A stretch of DNA of 62,974 nt, counting the filler, from Choristocarpus tenellus KU-1152 (taxonomy: Eukaryota > Protista > Phaeophyceae), in assembly GCA_964200185.2 (NCBI GenBank). It is 13 parts of 13 records of this genome, joined end to end, with 100 filler letters (N's around TTAATTAATTAA, not from the genome) between each part and the next. Parts side by side here need not be neighbours in the genome. Positions count along the whole stretch, not along the records: positions 36,864 to 39,403 come from CAXNAD020026935.1; positions 39,504 to 44,396 come from CAXNAD020012638.1; positions 44,497 to 47,430 come from CAXNAD020023539.1; positions 47,531 to 50,229 come from CAXNAD020025535.1; positions 50,330 to 53,888 come from CAXNAD020019270.1; 8 more parts are not named here. The stretch is one strand, 5' to 3'. A program made the position numbers and the translations under genes. Below are positions 38,055 through 50,398 of this stretch, piece by piece. The notes below the pieces were generated by a model. That model did not search any database. It had not been told where the DNA came from and was given only the letters and a program-made list of their open reading frames with translations. Each line of letters starts with the position of its first letter. Position 1 is the first letter of the stretch.

Positions 38055-40380
38055 CTGCGAAGGAGGGCATAGTATGTACACATGTATGTATTATGCATGT
38101 ATGCAAACATTCATAAGGCAGATCTTCAGAGAACAACAATGTGTATGTGTGTATGCAAAAATATTCAATAAGGCAGATCTTCAGATGAAAAAGAAGAACG
38201 ATTTTGCGTACATTGCAATCTCTACGGACACCTGCCAGATTGTAGAACTATCCAAATGTAACTTGAGACTACTGCTACTACAAATAATAACATTTCCAAC
38301 ATTTAAAATTGGAAGTGCTTTTATTTCCAATATTCCTATTAAATAATCCTACACGAAAACTCTTCCCCCCCAAACACAAAAACAAAAACAAAAACACATT
38401 ATTTTTTCTGATTTAAAAGAACAAACTAATTCACCCTGTGCTTCATTCGCCGGTGTCTTGTGTTGGTGATTACCCCTTCTATTGTGACCTCCTTACAGAC
38501 AACGTTCCCCATCTTATTATTTGTAACATTTGAAACTGCCATGATCTATTCTGTAACATCGACCTTAGAGATAACGTACCCACCTTTATGGGGGTACCAA
38601 ACACCTCCAGTTTCAACTTTAAATTTCAAACCTGCGACTTGAGTGAGTCAGATGCGTAGATTAATGCCCCCACAAACGCAGCTCATGAATCACAAACCCT
38701 AACCCTAACCCTAACCCTGACCCAGACCCAGACAGTACTAACATATACACTTATTGCACCACTACTCTCCTTGTCAAGTCAAAAAGAGAGATAAAACAAA
38801 GAGCAACACGGTCGTCGTTGTCCCCTCCCCAATCCCCTTCCAAGGCGTTGGCGGTAACCCACACAAGGCGTTGGCGGTAACCCACACAAGACACTATACT
38901 AACTCATATTACCGAGCGGCAGGGAAGAAAATAGAGCCAGTTTGTTAGTGGTGTGAAGATTTCGAGGACAAATCGGAAGATCGGTATGATATCATAAGTT
39001 ATACATACCGACATTGGCATGATTCATCCTTCCCCACACCATCACCGGATTGTTTTTCGCAGTCAAGTCACACTGTTTCACCGGCTATATTTTCCCTCCC
39101 ATATATATATATATATTTGGCTCATTTTCCCCATTACCAAGGCGAAGCAGTACACTTCAAGCATGAACCACCTCAAGAAAACAACACTGACATTGTCCAA
39201 AGAAAATCAAAGAGAAAAAACAAAAATACATATTTAATATTTTTTCCGTAAGTTAGTCAAGGCCCCCTCGACGCACAGGCCACTGCCGTGTCTCCACTGC
39301 CGTGTCTCCAGCAGGGGAGTAGTAGACCCTCCCCCCTCCCCCCCCCATCATGGCAGTACAAACGAAATTTCAATGGGGTGGACGGGCAACCAACAACCCA
39401 CCCNNNNNNNNNNNNNNNNNNNNNNNNNNNNNNNNNNNNNNNNNNNNTTAATTAATTAANNNNNNNNNNNNNNNNNNNNNNNNNNNNNNNNNNNNNNNNN
39501 NNNGGGGGGGGGACAAGAATACTTTTTATTGGAGAGTGATGGATTTAATGGAGAATTAATATGCCTTTCGTTGACTTGGGCAAGGTGGTGCAACTTTTTT
39601 ATTTTTTAATATTATTTGTGAAGAAAGAATAATGGAAAGTATTTTGTTCTTGTGGGGGGAGGGGGGAGGGGGGTAGGAAAAAATAGATTTTTGCTGTGAG
39701 GTTGTGCGTGGTACTGACACAGGACCATGTATTCATATCTCTAGGAGACTTTTTCAGAAAGGGGTTGATGGGTTAGGTGGATGGAATGGAGGGGGGGGGG
39801 TTAGAAAGAGAGATGATAAGAGAGGAATGTAATGAGTTGGGGGTCTGGTCAAGAGGGGGGTGAAAGTTGCATGCACATGTATGAGGGGCTGTGGGGGAGG
39901 TGTTTGGGTCTGTGGAAGGCGCCTTTATTTATTGGGTGTTTTTTTCTTATCCAAAGTTAGGTAAATATGTCAGAAGGAGAGTATTGTTATTACTTTGCTT
40001 GATATTTTTGGAGGTGAGATAATGGAACATGACATCCCAGGAGTGGTGAATGCATTTGAAGTTCTGTTAATAATAATGATGTGATTGAGTGGGTAGGGCA
40101 TATGAGTTTTTGTTCTATTGGGTGAATGTGATGCAAAGGACATTCTATTGGAGTGTTTCTTCAAAAAAACCATGTCCCTTCCTGCTTGATACATTTTTTG
40201 TTTTTTCATTTGTAGGTTTCCTATAGTTTCGCGTTTTTATTTGAATTTGTAGTTGTAGTTGTATCCTGTATCCTCAGTACCTCCACCCGCTCCTTGTGCA
40301 TGTATGTACAACTGACTGCATATGCGTGCCTGTGTTTGTTACTTGGTGTTTGTTTGTTTTTTTGGGGGGGGGTGTTGCAG

Positions 40381-43300
40381 GTACCTTGTTCAAGCACACA
40401 GTTTTTGTCTCAATCTCGATGAATTTCCTCTCAATCTGGAGATATGCATTGAGCACTTGAGCCATGGTCGTCTCAAGATTGACCTCCGTCCAGACTTCCA
40501 TACTTGGAATAATCGACGTTACCAGGTGAGTGTTCCACAAGACATTGGGTGGGTGGGAGGTTAGGGTGGTGGGGGTGTCATTATTTCTTTTGCTTTGATG
40601 TTAGTGAAAGGGAAGAGGGTTGTCAGTGAGGCTATTTTGCAAAATAGATGCTGCTGTTCGATTTTTGATTTTTGGTGCTGTCCTACTGGATGGTAAAAAT
40701 AAGTGCTGGTGAGGTACCTGTAACTCTGGAGTGAGGGCCAAGGTTACCTAAGAAGTTTTTTGCATTTAGTGAGTTCCTTGCTGTATTCACTTTCTGCTGC
40801 TTCAGTTCAAGGTTAAATCCTCTAGGAAACTGTGTTTGTAGAGATATTCATTAATTTAATGCATTAATTTCATCGAAGAATTCACACTTTCTTGTGTTTT
40901 TTTGTGCCTTTAGCGCCTCATAAAACAAAAACAAAAACAACATCGAAAAGGTTGCAAAAGTTGGTGATACTCTCAGAGAGCACTCCGATGAAAGGAGCCA
41001 TTGTTTACAGATAGATTCGGAGTCCACCACATGGTGCTCTTTTTCATTGCTAGCTATTGGTGCTATCAGTAGTATGATGTGAATGCAGTCAGTGTCAGGG
41101 TTGGCATCCTCCAGCTCTACAGGTCAAAGTGAAACGCATACTATGAAAACAAGGCAAGCGATGCCTCCAAAAAATGACCGAAATGTGAAAGCTCAACCCA
41201 CTCATTTTGTGGGTGCCCCAGTGTGGTGCCCCCCCCCCCCCCCCCCCCCCCCCCATCCCCCCCCCCCTCCCCCCTCCACCGCCCTGTGCCCCTACCTCCN
41301 NNNNNNNNNCCCCCCCCCCCCCCCCCCCCTTTCTTGCCACCCCACTTATTCCTTGCCTGGTGTGTTCTACTACCTTCACTGTCCCATGTTCACGGAATGT
41401 GCTTACAGGTGCTGCATGTGGCAAGTCATGTTCTATCAACCCTCACACAGCCTGGCCCTGAGGGGCTGCCGGCTGCCCTCCAAACAGGCAACCCGAGTCG
41501 CTTTCCTGGGGGAGAGGATGTCCTGCTGCGATGTGTGCAGGAGCTGGTTGCTTGTATTCGAATGAGTGAGCAGGACACTCTTGCAAGGCTCATCTGCAGG
41601 TGTGTGTCTTTGGTAGGCTCCGATACATTTTTTTTTGTATTTTGATTTATTTATTGATATGTTTGAGGTGGCATCATCTGTCGTACGAGAGCGTGGAAGC
41701 GCGGCTTTTTATTTTTTAGCTAGCAGTTGATTACACACATCATTTTTTTTTTAAATAAAATATTTTTGTTTTTTGGTGTGAAAGTTTTTTTTTAATAGAT
41801 CAGAACAAGGGTTTACAAAATATTGTACTTTACCTTTTATCCATCCTAAATTTGCGTTGAAATTTGAAATTTGTAATTTTAATAAGAAAAATAATGTAGA
41901 ACTAACAGGCATTGTGTGCTTCAATTGTACACTGGAAGGCTTGATGTGGATTTGCTTTTGTGTGTTACTGGTGAGGTTAGGTGGGTTTGGGGCAAAGGGA
42001 ATTGGTGTTAGCCCTGCTTTTTCCCCTCCCCCTAACAGTTCTCGCGAAAGCTTGTTTCACCTTACCTAGAGATGGAGTGGGGTTCTCTATGAGATGCAGT
42101 TACTGAGATATGTCTTGATGTGTTGAAGAGGACATCGATTTGCTTAGCCTTTCTGTACATTGATACATCTGTTTGCACTCAAGCATACCCAAGTACATGT
42201 GGGGATGCATGCATGAACAACACAACTACCCCCTGGCATGTAAGATAGTGTCTGTGCGATTGGCAATACAGTCCTCTTTTTCCTGCCTCAGGCAATGGCA
42301 ATATAGTATGAACGACCCTTCTTTGTATGCAAGTAAAACTTTAAACAATCCTAAATCAGACTGTACTGTCATGCAAGTAAAACTTTGAACTGAGCGAGGA
42401 GCCGAGGCCCTACTGCTACTGTAGTAATGAATGTATTGGTTTTGTAGCAATAAAGGCATTTCTGCAGCTTTTATTGCAATTGTAGTACCTTGCTGCAAGT
42501 TTTGTCTTTAGTTGTAAGAATTATGGGTACACGAGGCCGAGCATTTCCCCCTTCTTCTTGGTGAAGACTCTCTTTTCCTTATCCTTATTTTCCTGTATAC
42601 TATTTTGGATGGGACTGTTCTCACTGCTGCGCCTCTCTTCACAGTTGCTGCAACCCCCACAAAACCTGACGTTTTCTTGGCCTATTCCCTCGCGCAGTTC
42701 GCTTGCTGGATTGCTGTTGATGCTCCTTGGACGGCGAGCAGAGAGTATTGCTGTGGCAGAGTCTGTTGTTGGAGGTGTGGCACCCATGCCCATCATGATT
42801 CGGGTGATGCCACTGTCCTGGACAGCAACTGTGGTTGCATCGGTGAGAGTTGTGACAATGGGGTCTGCTACTCTCCTTCACTCTCCCCAACCCCAGTATA
42901 TATAAATATGTATATATGTATGTATATCCTACATGGTGATGTCAATTGTGGAGTTTGAAATGGTACCATTTGCTTGTTTTCTGAGTTCCCCACGAAACCA
43001 TGTGAGAAATGGATAGTAGTGGAAATTTTTGGAGTGGTTGTTTATACCCCCATTGAACCCCATACACCCATGTGCTTGTTTATCCTTTTTTGATTTGTTT
43101 GTATCTATGCATACTCTTGTATTATAATATTTGTGTTTAGGTGTTCTTTCTTGCGGTCTGAAAGTTGAAATGTTATCGTTTTTACAAGTTGTGTAGTTTT
43201 TTTTCCACTCTTTTAATCTGGTCCTGACCTTGAGTCTGAGCCTGAGCCTGTGTTTATGGAGCCTTTGATAAATTAGAGTTCTGAAGCCAGACATTTTTTT

Positions 43301-44047
43301 GTGGGGAAATTATGTTACAAACTTGAGGGATATATCTTGTATGGATATGTGTATGTGTGTGTGTTTGATGTTTGTAGGTGAATATGGGACCGAGTCTGTT
43401 GCTAAAACAAGGCCAGTTATTCACACGATGCGTTGATCTCTTTGTGAAGAGCTTAGGGTGTTGATAATGTGCCACAACAATTTCTCATAGGCACTGTCCA
43501 ATATCGTCAATTTTTTTTACGCAAATCACTCAATTTGAAGTGTGAAGTGTGAAGAGCGGTGTCCTTTATCAGGTCTATTTTGAGTATGTTGTATGTGTAA
43601 CCACAATGGGAAGAGACCCACCTGTGTTGCCTACCTACGGTGACACGCAAACAATGGGTGTTGCTGGTTTTTTTTCCGAACTGACCAGTATATAGAGCTG
43701 GTACACCAAAACATACCAATTGCCTTGCACCCTCTCTCCTTCATTCCGCTCCCATGCACTCCCACCCCAAATGTCAATATACTCACTCTACCTTGTTGTA
43801 GGCACTTCTCTTCATCTACGATCGCCACGACATGTACAGCCGTCTTCATACACTAGTGACCCGCACACAAATGGTTGCACCTTATTCCCGGGGGGAGTGT
43901 GAGCTGCCCCTGCCGGGATCTGATGTCGAGGCCTACCTGAATCATCAGTGCGGCTCGTCTAATACCTTTTGTCGGATGGTTGTGGCTATTGCGCGGCTAA
44001 CCAACAGGGGGACCAAACCCTTTTGCCCTGTCACTCGCACTGGACAG
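40381..44047 (+). CDS. Unidentified protein, internal exons 40381-40525, 41409-41599, 42698-42842, 43802-44047
   Basis: Four GT-AG exons join in phase into ~240 aa with no stop (YLVQAHSFCLNLDEF...; VLHVASHVL...; SLAGLLLMLLGRR...; ALLFIYDRHDMYSRL...NTFCR). Confidence 0.75.
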
Positions 44048-44604
44048 GTGTGTGTGTGTGTGTGTGTGTGGAAGTTTCCCACTGCTGAAATATGTTACTG
44101 GCGTATCATGATTGCAATCGCTCCGCCCTCCCACCCTCCTCTTTGCCATTCTCTCCAGACTGTGACTGTGCCGTTCATGACATTTTTTGTTGGTGTACTT
44201 GCCCCCCCTTTTTTTACTGATCAAGTCAGGGTGGCCGTGGTCAGGTTGGAATGAGGTCTGAAGTGATTGTCCTCTCTCCTGACTCCCTGACCCAATATTT
44301 GTACTGTGTATTGCACCTCATGACCCCCCTCGCCCCCACTGATGCTGTGGTGTAAGCAGGGGGAAATATACCGTGTTCAGGAATCTGTGTCCCAGTNNNN
44401 NNNNNNNNNNNNNNNNNNNNNNNNNNNNNNNNNNNNNNNNTTAATTAATTAANNNNNNNNNNNNNNNNNNNNNNNNNNNNNNNNNNNNNNNNNNNNGGGG
44501 GGGTAGAGAGAGAGTAGGGATATATATATATATATATTGTAACTGTATGAATGTATATAATTCCCCCTCTTTTTCTTTACAAAACGCTTTAAATAACAAC
44601 AAAG

Positions 44605-47430
44605 GTGGCCTCGGCGGAGGAGAGTTACACACGAGGTCTACTGCGACTGTTGGAGAGGTGAGCACCAAGAAGTGGTTCAAATCGACTGTCAAAATCAAAG
44701 AAGGGTTAGGGTTAGGGTTAGGGTTTTAACTTCTGAAGTACTCCTCTCATTGATTGTAAGAGTTTAGTGCAACGGGAATGTTTAAATTTAAAAAATGTGC
44801 TTGGATGTGCACTTCTAACCCATTTCTATGCAGTATATTGTGTGTTGTGTGTTGTGTGTTGTGTGTTGTGTGTTGTGTGTTGTAGTACATGTGAAGTTGA
44901 AAATGTGCCTACCAGAACATTGAAAGTGTTTTAAAGGGAAAAACGCCTCTCACCTGAATCTCTCGTGAACCAGTCGGTTCTTTCGGGCTTAAAGCAAGAG
45001 TACCTTTTAGTTTTTTGAAGTGAGTCCATTCAAAAATGAGTAGTACAAAAGTTAATCTGAAAATAGAGTGGAAAAATTAAATTGTGCTCCGGATCTAAAC
45101 AGGAGATGAGGAGAATGTTCCAGAATTTCTGGGTTTTTTTTTTCCAGTATGTAAATGGGAATGTAAATGGGAATGGGAAGGGAAAGGGCTAGAAATATTG
45201 GAAAAAAATGGAAAATTTTGGAATTTTTTGGGGCATGAAACCGTCGTGTTGTTTGGAACTATCCTAAGGCTGTCCCTTATGGCTTGTAAAAAAAAATGTG
45301 CAAAAATATTGAATACAGGCATACAGTGCGACTTTCTCACGTTGTGATTGGCTGTTCTGGTTTTTATCTCATTTTGATATAGGGTATTGGATATTGGGTT
45401 GCAAGTATCTACATCTTTCTTACACATGGGGACAATGATTGCCTCATCAGTACCATCTTGTTCAAAGCTGAAATTTCAACTTCTTGTGGATATTTACCGT
45501 AGAGCCAGCTAGCTATTATGTGTACCTGAGATATACACAAAAAAATTGGATTTTTTTTTTTTCTTTTGTTCGAAGTTTGGAGTACCTAGCCTGGTGAGCT
45601 AGGTCTATATGGTGTAAATCCAGAAAATTAAAAAAAAAAATCTTTCTAACATGACAAGTCGGATCTTTGGAACCATTAATTTCAGATCATAAATCAGAAC
45701 ACAAATTGTGGTCATGTACGACTCTACAAAAATCACTCTCTGTGCCGATATCTTTTTGATATCTTTTTGTGATTTTTACCTACCGAGTTTAGTGCTCTCA
45801 CTAGGGATGTGACCTAAGAGATGTGACCTAAGAGCTTTTGGGGATAGAGTAAGGGTTGGGAGTTAACACCTTAGGTATTTACAGGGAAAAAAGAGCTTAC
45901 TGAGGGCTAGGGTTGAGATGTAACCACTCCATTTTTTAGGGTCAAAGGAATTTATTTAGGGTTAGGGTTAAGAGCTAACAGATACGGGTTTCAGGGCTTC
46001 AGAGATTTGGGACTTGAAAGCTTATGGCTAGGTCTGAGAGTTTGTATTTTTTAGGTTTTGTAGTGAAGAGATTGAGGTGAGGGATGGGGTTAGGGTTTTG
46101 GATTTGAGGAGGAAGGGTTCATGGGAAGTGATATGAGTGTGCTGTGCTCGCTTTGGAACTGCAGAAACTGAAAGTATATCGAGAGCATGGTTTCATGTAT
46201 GCTGATTGCTGTTATTACTATTATTTATCAGTAACATTTTTGATCGTTTAATGATGAAAGGCTACGTTGTTGTGTTGTTATGCTCTATGTTGTTATGCTT
46301 TATGTTTTATTATTTTTGTAAGTTTGTACCTTTTTTGACACTCCTATAACCCTGACCCTGTGGTTTCTGTGCTTTAGTTGTTGTCATGGATTTGTACCTC
46401 TTTTTGTCACCCTTTTCCTTGACCTTTCTGCAGAAGATAGAATTAGAACTGCCACTGTGTAACAGAAGTATAAAATTGCAACTTCACACATATCGTATAG
46501 TTCTATTGCTGACTAATGCTCCTGGAGACACTGGATTTTTACACTCCATGATATTGTATGGAGGTTGTGTCTTGATTGATGACTATGTGATTGGGGATGG
46601 TGGTGTATGATTAAATGGGTTGTTAGTCAAGGGGCAATGATAATATGAAAAACAACTATGGTAATGATTGTTGTATTTCTTAACAAGGCTGTTCTAGAAG
46701 ATGAAGATCAAGTGGGCTTGTTCATTGGTGGGCTGCAATGTTGTGTAAACTGTAATGGTTCTCAAGATCCATACATATACTAAGAAAAAAGGATACGATT
46801 GGATTTTGTTTTACAAACCATGTCGCTGTTACAGTGAGAGTGACTGCTGAGTGTTGATAGGTGTTAAAGATTGCCATACCAGGCATTGAATGATAATTAA
46901 ATTTATCACACAACTATCAATATAACCCCCCCCCTTCACAATATTGGATGCTTTGAAAAAATCAAGCTCTCTATGTGTGTGTGCTATCTGTATCTGATCT
47001 GATTTTGGATGAGATTCATTTTATTTTGAAAAAAAAAAGGCTCAAAAGGTTATTGTGTTGCCCCATAGTACGACATTGTTGTATGTGTCAGACATTTTAT
47101 GTCCTGGGGGGATTAACATTGCCTTCATTTCATCCACCTCTTCACTTTGATGGTACAATACCCTCATCAGTTACATGTATATTTTAATGCAGGATCATCC
47201 CCCTCCCCCTCCCCCTGCCTCAAACATGATGTTCACTTTATACCCCTCTCTTCAAAAACAGGCAAGGTTACGGCCACCTTGCAACCCACAGAAAAGGCGT
47301 TGGGGCAGGAGGTAGTGGAGGTAGTGGAGGTGTTGTAGGGGATAGTAACAACAGTACACATGCTGGTCCCGGGAGCAGTGGGGGGGGGGGGAATGATCTA
47401 TACACTACGGGTGTGTCCACCATGGAGGGC
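44605..47430 (+). CDS. Unidentified protein fragment (exons 44605-44657 and 47262-47430+)
   Basis: aag|VASAEESYTRGLLRLLER|gtgag joins in phase 2 to a Gly/Ser-rich exon open to the contig end; weak resemblance to an F-BAR/FCH helix. Confidence 0.45.
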
Positions 47431-47920
47431 NNNNNNNNNNNNNNNNNNNNNNNNNNNNNNNNNNNNNNNNNNNNTTAATTAATTAANNNNNNNNNNNNNN
47501 NNNNNNNNNNNNNNNNNNNNNNNNNNNNNNGTGTCTTGGGCCCTGCAGTCGTGGGGGGTGGTTTTCCCCCCCCCCCCCCCCCCCCCCCCTCCTACACTGC
47601 GCAATTTCATGTAGCTTGTGTAACACACCTGCATTCTAGAGACGCTGATGTTGTAATAGTATGTGGGTTTTCTTAAGAGTTGCTAAGGCTGTGCTCTGTC
47701 GCCTACACTGTGGTGTATGGCTGTTTCCCTCGTGTGTGCCCTGGCACTGACTAGCTGCATGGTACATGTTACTGTTTGACTTTCACATAGGGTTGGGGGT
47801 TATGTGCTTGACTCGTCCACCCCTACGTCCACCCTCTGTGACCTCCGTGCATGTTGAATTCAATGAATGCTTGTCCTTCAAAAATATGTATATTTATTTT
47901 TTCCCCTATGTTCTGTCTAG

Positions 47921-48486
47921 GTCTGTGACTCACCTGTCTAAGGAGCTACAGCTGCCAGATAATCAGGTGAGACTCTTTCATCTTCTCTCTCTGTGATGTC
48001 CATTTTTACATTGTGACTATGTCTAGGGGGTTGATTTTAATTATATGTTCATGGCGATTATGATTTTAATCAATTTATAAAAAAAAAACGTGGTGATAAC
48101 GATATTTTTGGATTCTTACACTTCAAAGAGCAGTAGTAGTAGTAGTAGTAGTAAAATAGTACCTCTAGATAGTATTTCCAATTGTTTATTTGTATTAATA
48201 ATCAAAATAATAATAGGAGAAAAACATATGGGAAAAAATGATGCACATCCCTTCACGGCTGAAGGCTTCTTTTTCTACTATTTTGTGTATTTATTTTTTA
48301 TTACTTCCGCGTGCACGCGCGCGCGTGTGTGTTTGAAATGATACATTTTTATGATAGGTTCTGGCACTCTTCAACAAGGCAGTACGGAAATTGAGCAACA
48401 GCCTAAAGGCCATCTCCGAGAGAGCTGCCGAGGCCGAGATGGAGTCGGCTGAGGAGAGACATAAAAGGATAGATACAGCAAAGTGA
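47921..48486 (+). CDS. NAT10: RNA cytidine acetyltransferase NAT10/Kre33, C-terminal exons 47921-47966 and 48358-48482 (or stop at 48486)
   Basis: SVTHLSKELQLPDNQ|VLALFNKAVRKLSNSLKAISERAAEAEM matches the NAT10/Kre33 C-terminal motif (ELxLPxxQxxALFNKxxRK). Confidence 0.82.
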
Positions 48487-48758
48487 GAGAAAAGATTTTT
48501 TTTTTTTTTAAGGGACAAATATTCTAAAAATTGATAAGTGTATTCTTGGTACTATATTAATTTTATTGTTATTATTATTAAATGTGGGAGCATTTATGTC
48601 TGTATAGTGGAACCTCGATCGATAGGTAAAATAAATAAAAATATTTATAGGTTCAAGACTATTTTTAGCAGGGGTAACTTAAATGTGCTTGTATATACAG
48701 AATTCTAAAAATGTGTCAGTTTTTTTTAAAGAGAAGAGAGTGGGAAGTGCTTAACACC

Positions 48759-48794
48759 TTAGGGTTAGGGTTAGGGTTAGGGTTAGCTAACCCT
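48759..48794. repeat. (TTAGGG)4 ending in an inverted telomeric junction
   Basis: Contains the 16-bp perfect palindrome AGGGTTAGCTAACCCT (48779-48794). Confidence 0.85.
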
Positions 48795-50398
48795 TAGCAG
48801 AGCATTGATTGTAAGTAACGCTTCACGAAAAGGGTAGTTTTCCTCTAGTGAAGGTACTTCCATGAGTTATTATACGTCAAAACTGCCATGTGAATAGCAT
48901 GTGTTTTGACAAAAAAAAATGTTGGCTGCCGTATACTTAACATTTTTTTTATCATTCGTCGAGCGCGTTCTAGCACCCATCTTATTTTTTTATTATTATC
49001 ATTTTTTATCATAACTCAGAATGATAATGACAGTTGTCTTTCATAACTACTTCTTTGCTTGGTTCAGTACTAGACTGAAGGCCATCTTGATCTCGATTGT
49101 AACGTTATGAATTGTTTCCTAGAGTCTAGATGGTGTCATGTGGATCGGGATGTCTAGAGTCAATGCCTACTGATGCTTTCTGTAAAACGTGGAGTTAAGC
49201 TACTGTTCAAGATGTCTAGAGCCAATGACAGTATGAATAATCGACCATACGCCATCAACAGTACCTTAAAATGTGTATGTGTTTATTGGTGGTGTACCTT
49301 AAAATGACATACTAATTCGCTAATCCTCCAATATCTGGTTGACGGGAATTAGGGTAACTGTTATAATAATATTATAAAGGTATATATTAGGGTAACTGTT
49401 ACGGTTATAAAGGTTCTTATAATATTGATTTGACTTTTTCCCTGGCGCATCTGCAAAATGCTGGAGGGCATAATAGTATAAATTGGTGAGAATCTCCGAT
49501 TTCGCCTCAAAATCTTTAGCCCAACAAAAATAGATTGGGGTTTTCTAATCATTATTTGGTAGTATGGTGAAATCGGTTCGACCGGTTTGATCAAAATATT
49601 ATTTGGTAGTATGGTGTTTGAAATGTATTGAAAATAGATGGTTGTGTAGGAGGTAAAGGTGTTATGTTGTACTGTGGACGTCAGGTGCAACACTTGCACA
49701 CTCTCATATTTACAACAGTTGATAAATCATGTTGTAGCATGTGACACTGATTTGAAGCGTCCTGGTACCTTGAGAGACACCTTCCTAAGTTCCTTTTACA
49801 ATTACCACAGTAGTGGAATAGGTGTCAGAAATATATATATATATATATATGTATCGGAGTGCATGGGTATGGATGAACAGGTGTGTACTTCAATAACACT
49901 TTGAACTGTTGGCGTTACGATTTCTTTATGGCATCCGTTATCCAGATAACGCTCAGGGACATTTGATTTGTAGCATCAGCCTAAAAGGTGAATTGTAGGC
50001 TGATTCGTGTTTATATTGAGAGCGTGCCTTCTTCAACATCCAGTGTTGTGTTGCATAATAATAATAATAATAATACCTCTTACTCAACAAGCGCTGAGGC
50101 TGGTTTAGTCAGCAGTGTGACACGACTAAGAAGTTAAAACTCATGATTTTAAGAACCTGTTTAAAGTCTTTTTGATATGTTATAATAATGTTTTTAACAA
50201 ATTATTTAAAAGTATTTATGCATAACTACNNNNNNNNNNNNNNNNNNNNNNNNNNNNNNNNNNNNNNNNNNNNTTAATTAATTAANNNNNNNNNNNNNNN
50301 NNNNNNNNNNNNNNNNNNNNNNNNNNNNNCTATTCCCTTCCTTACATTTCTTCCCCTACCATCCCCTCCTTGTCCTTCCCCCCCTTTACTGTCCACAG

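Noticed and set aside
38841-39311. Short exact tandem duplications (23 bp x2 at 38841, 14 bp x2 near 39280)
   Set aside because: Typical slippage or repair duplications with no further structure
464-48486. GPD2, CCT5, ispD and NAT10 as a functional cluster or bacterial transfer
   Set aside because: All have spliceosomal introns and, apart from GPD2/CCT5, lie on unrelated contigs. A nuclear ispD is expected in plastid-bearing algae.
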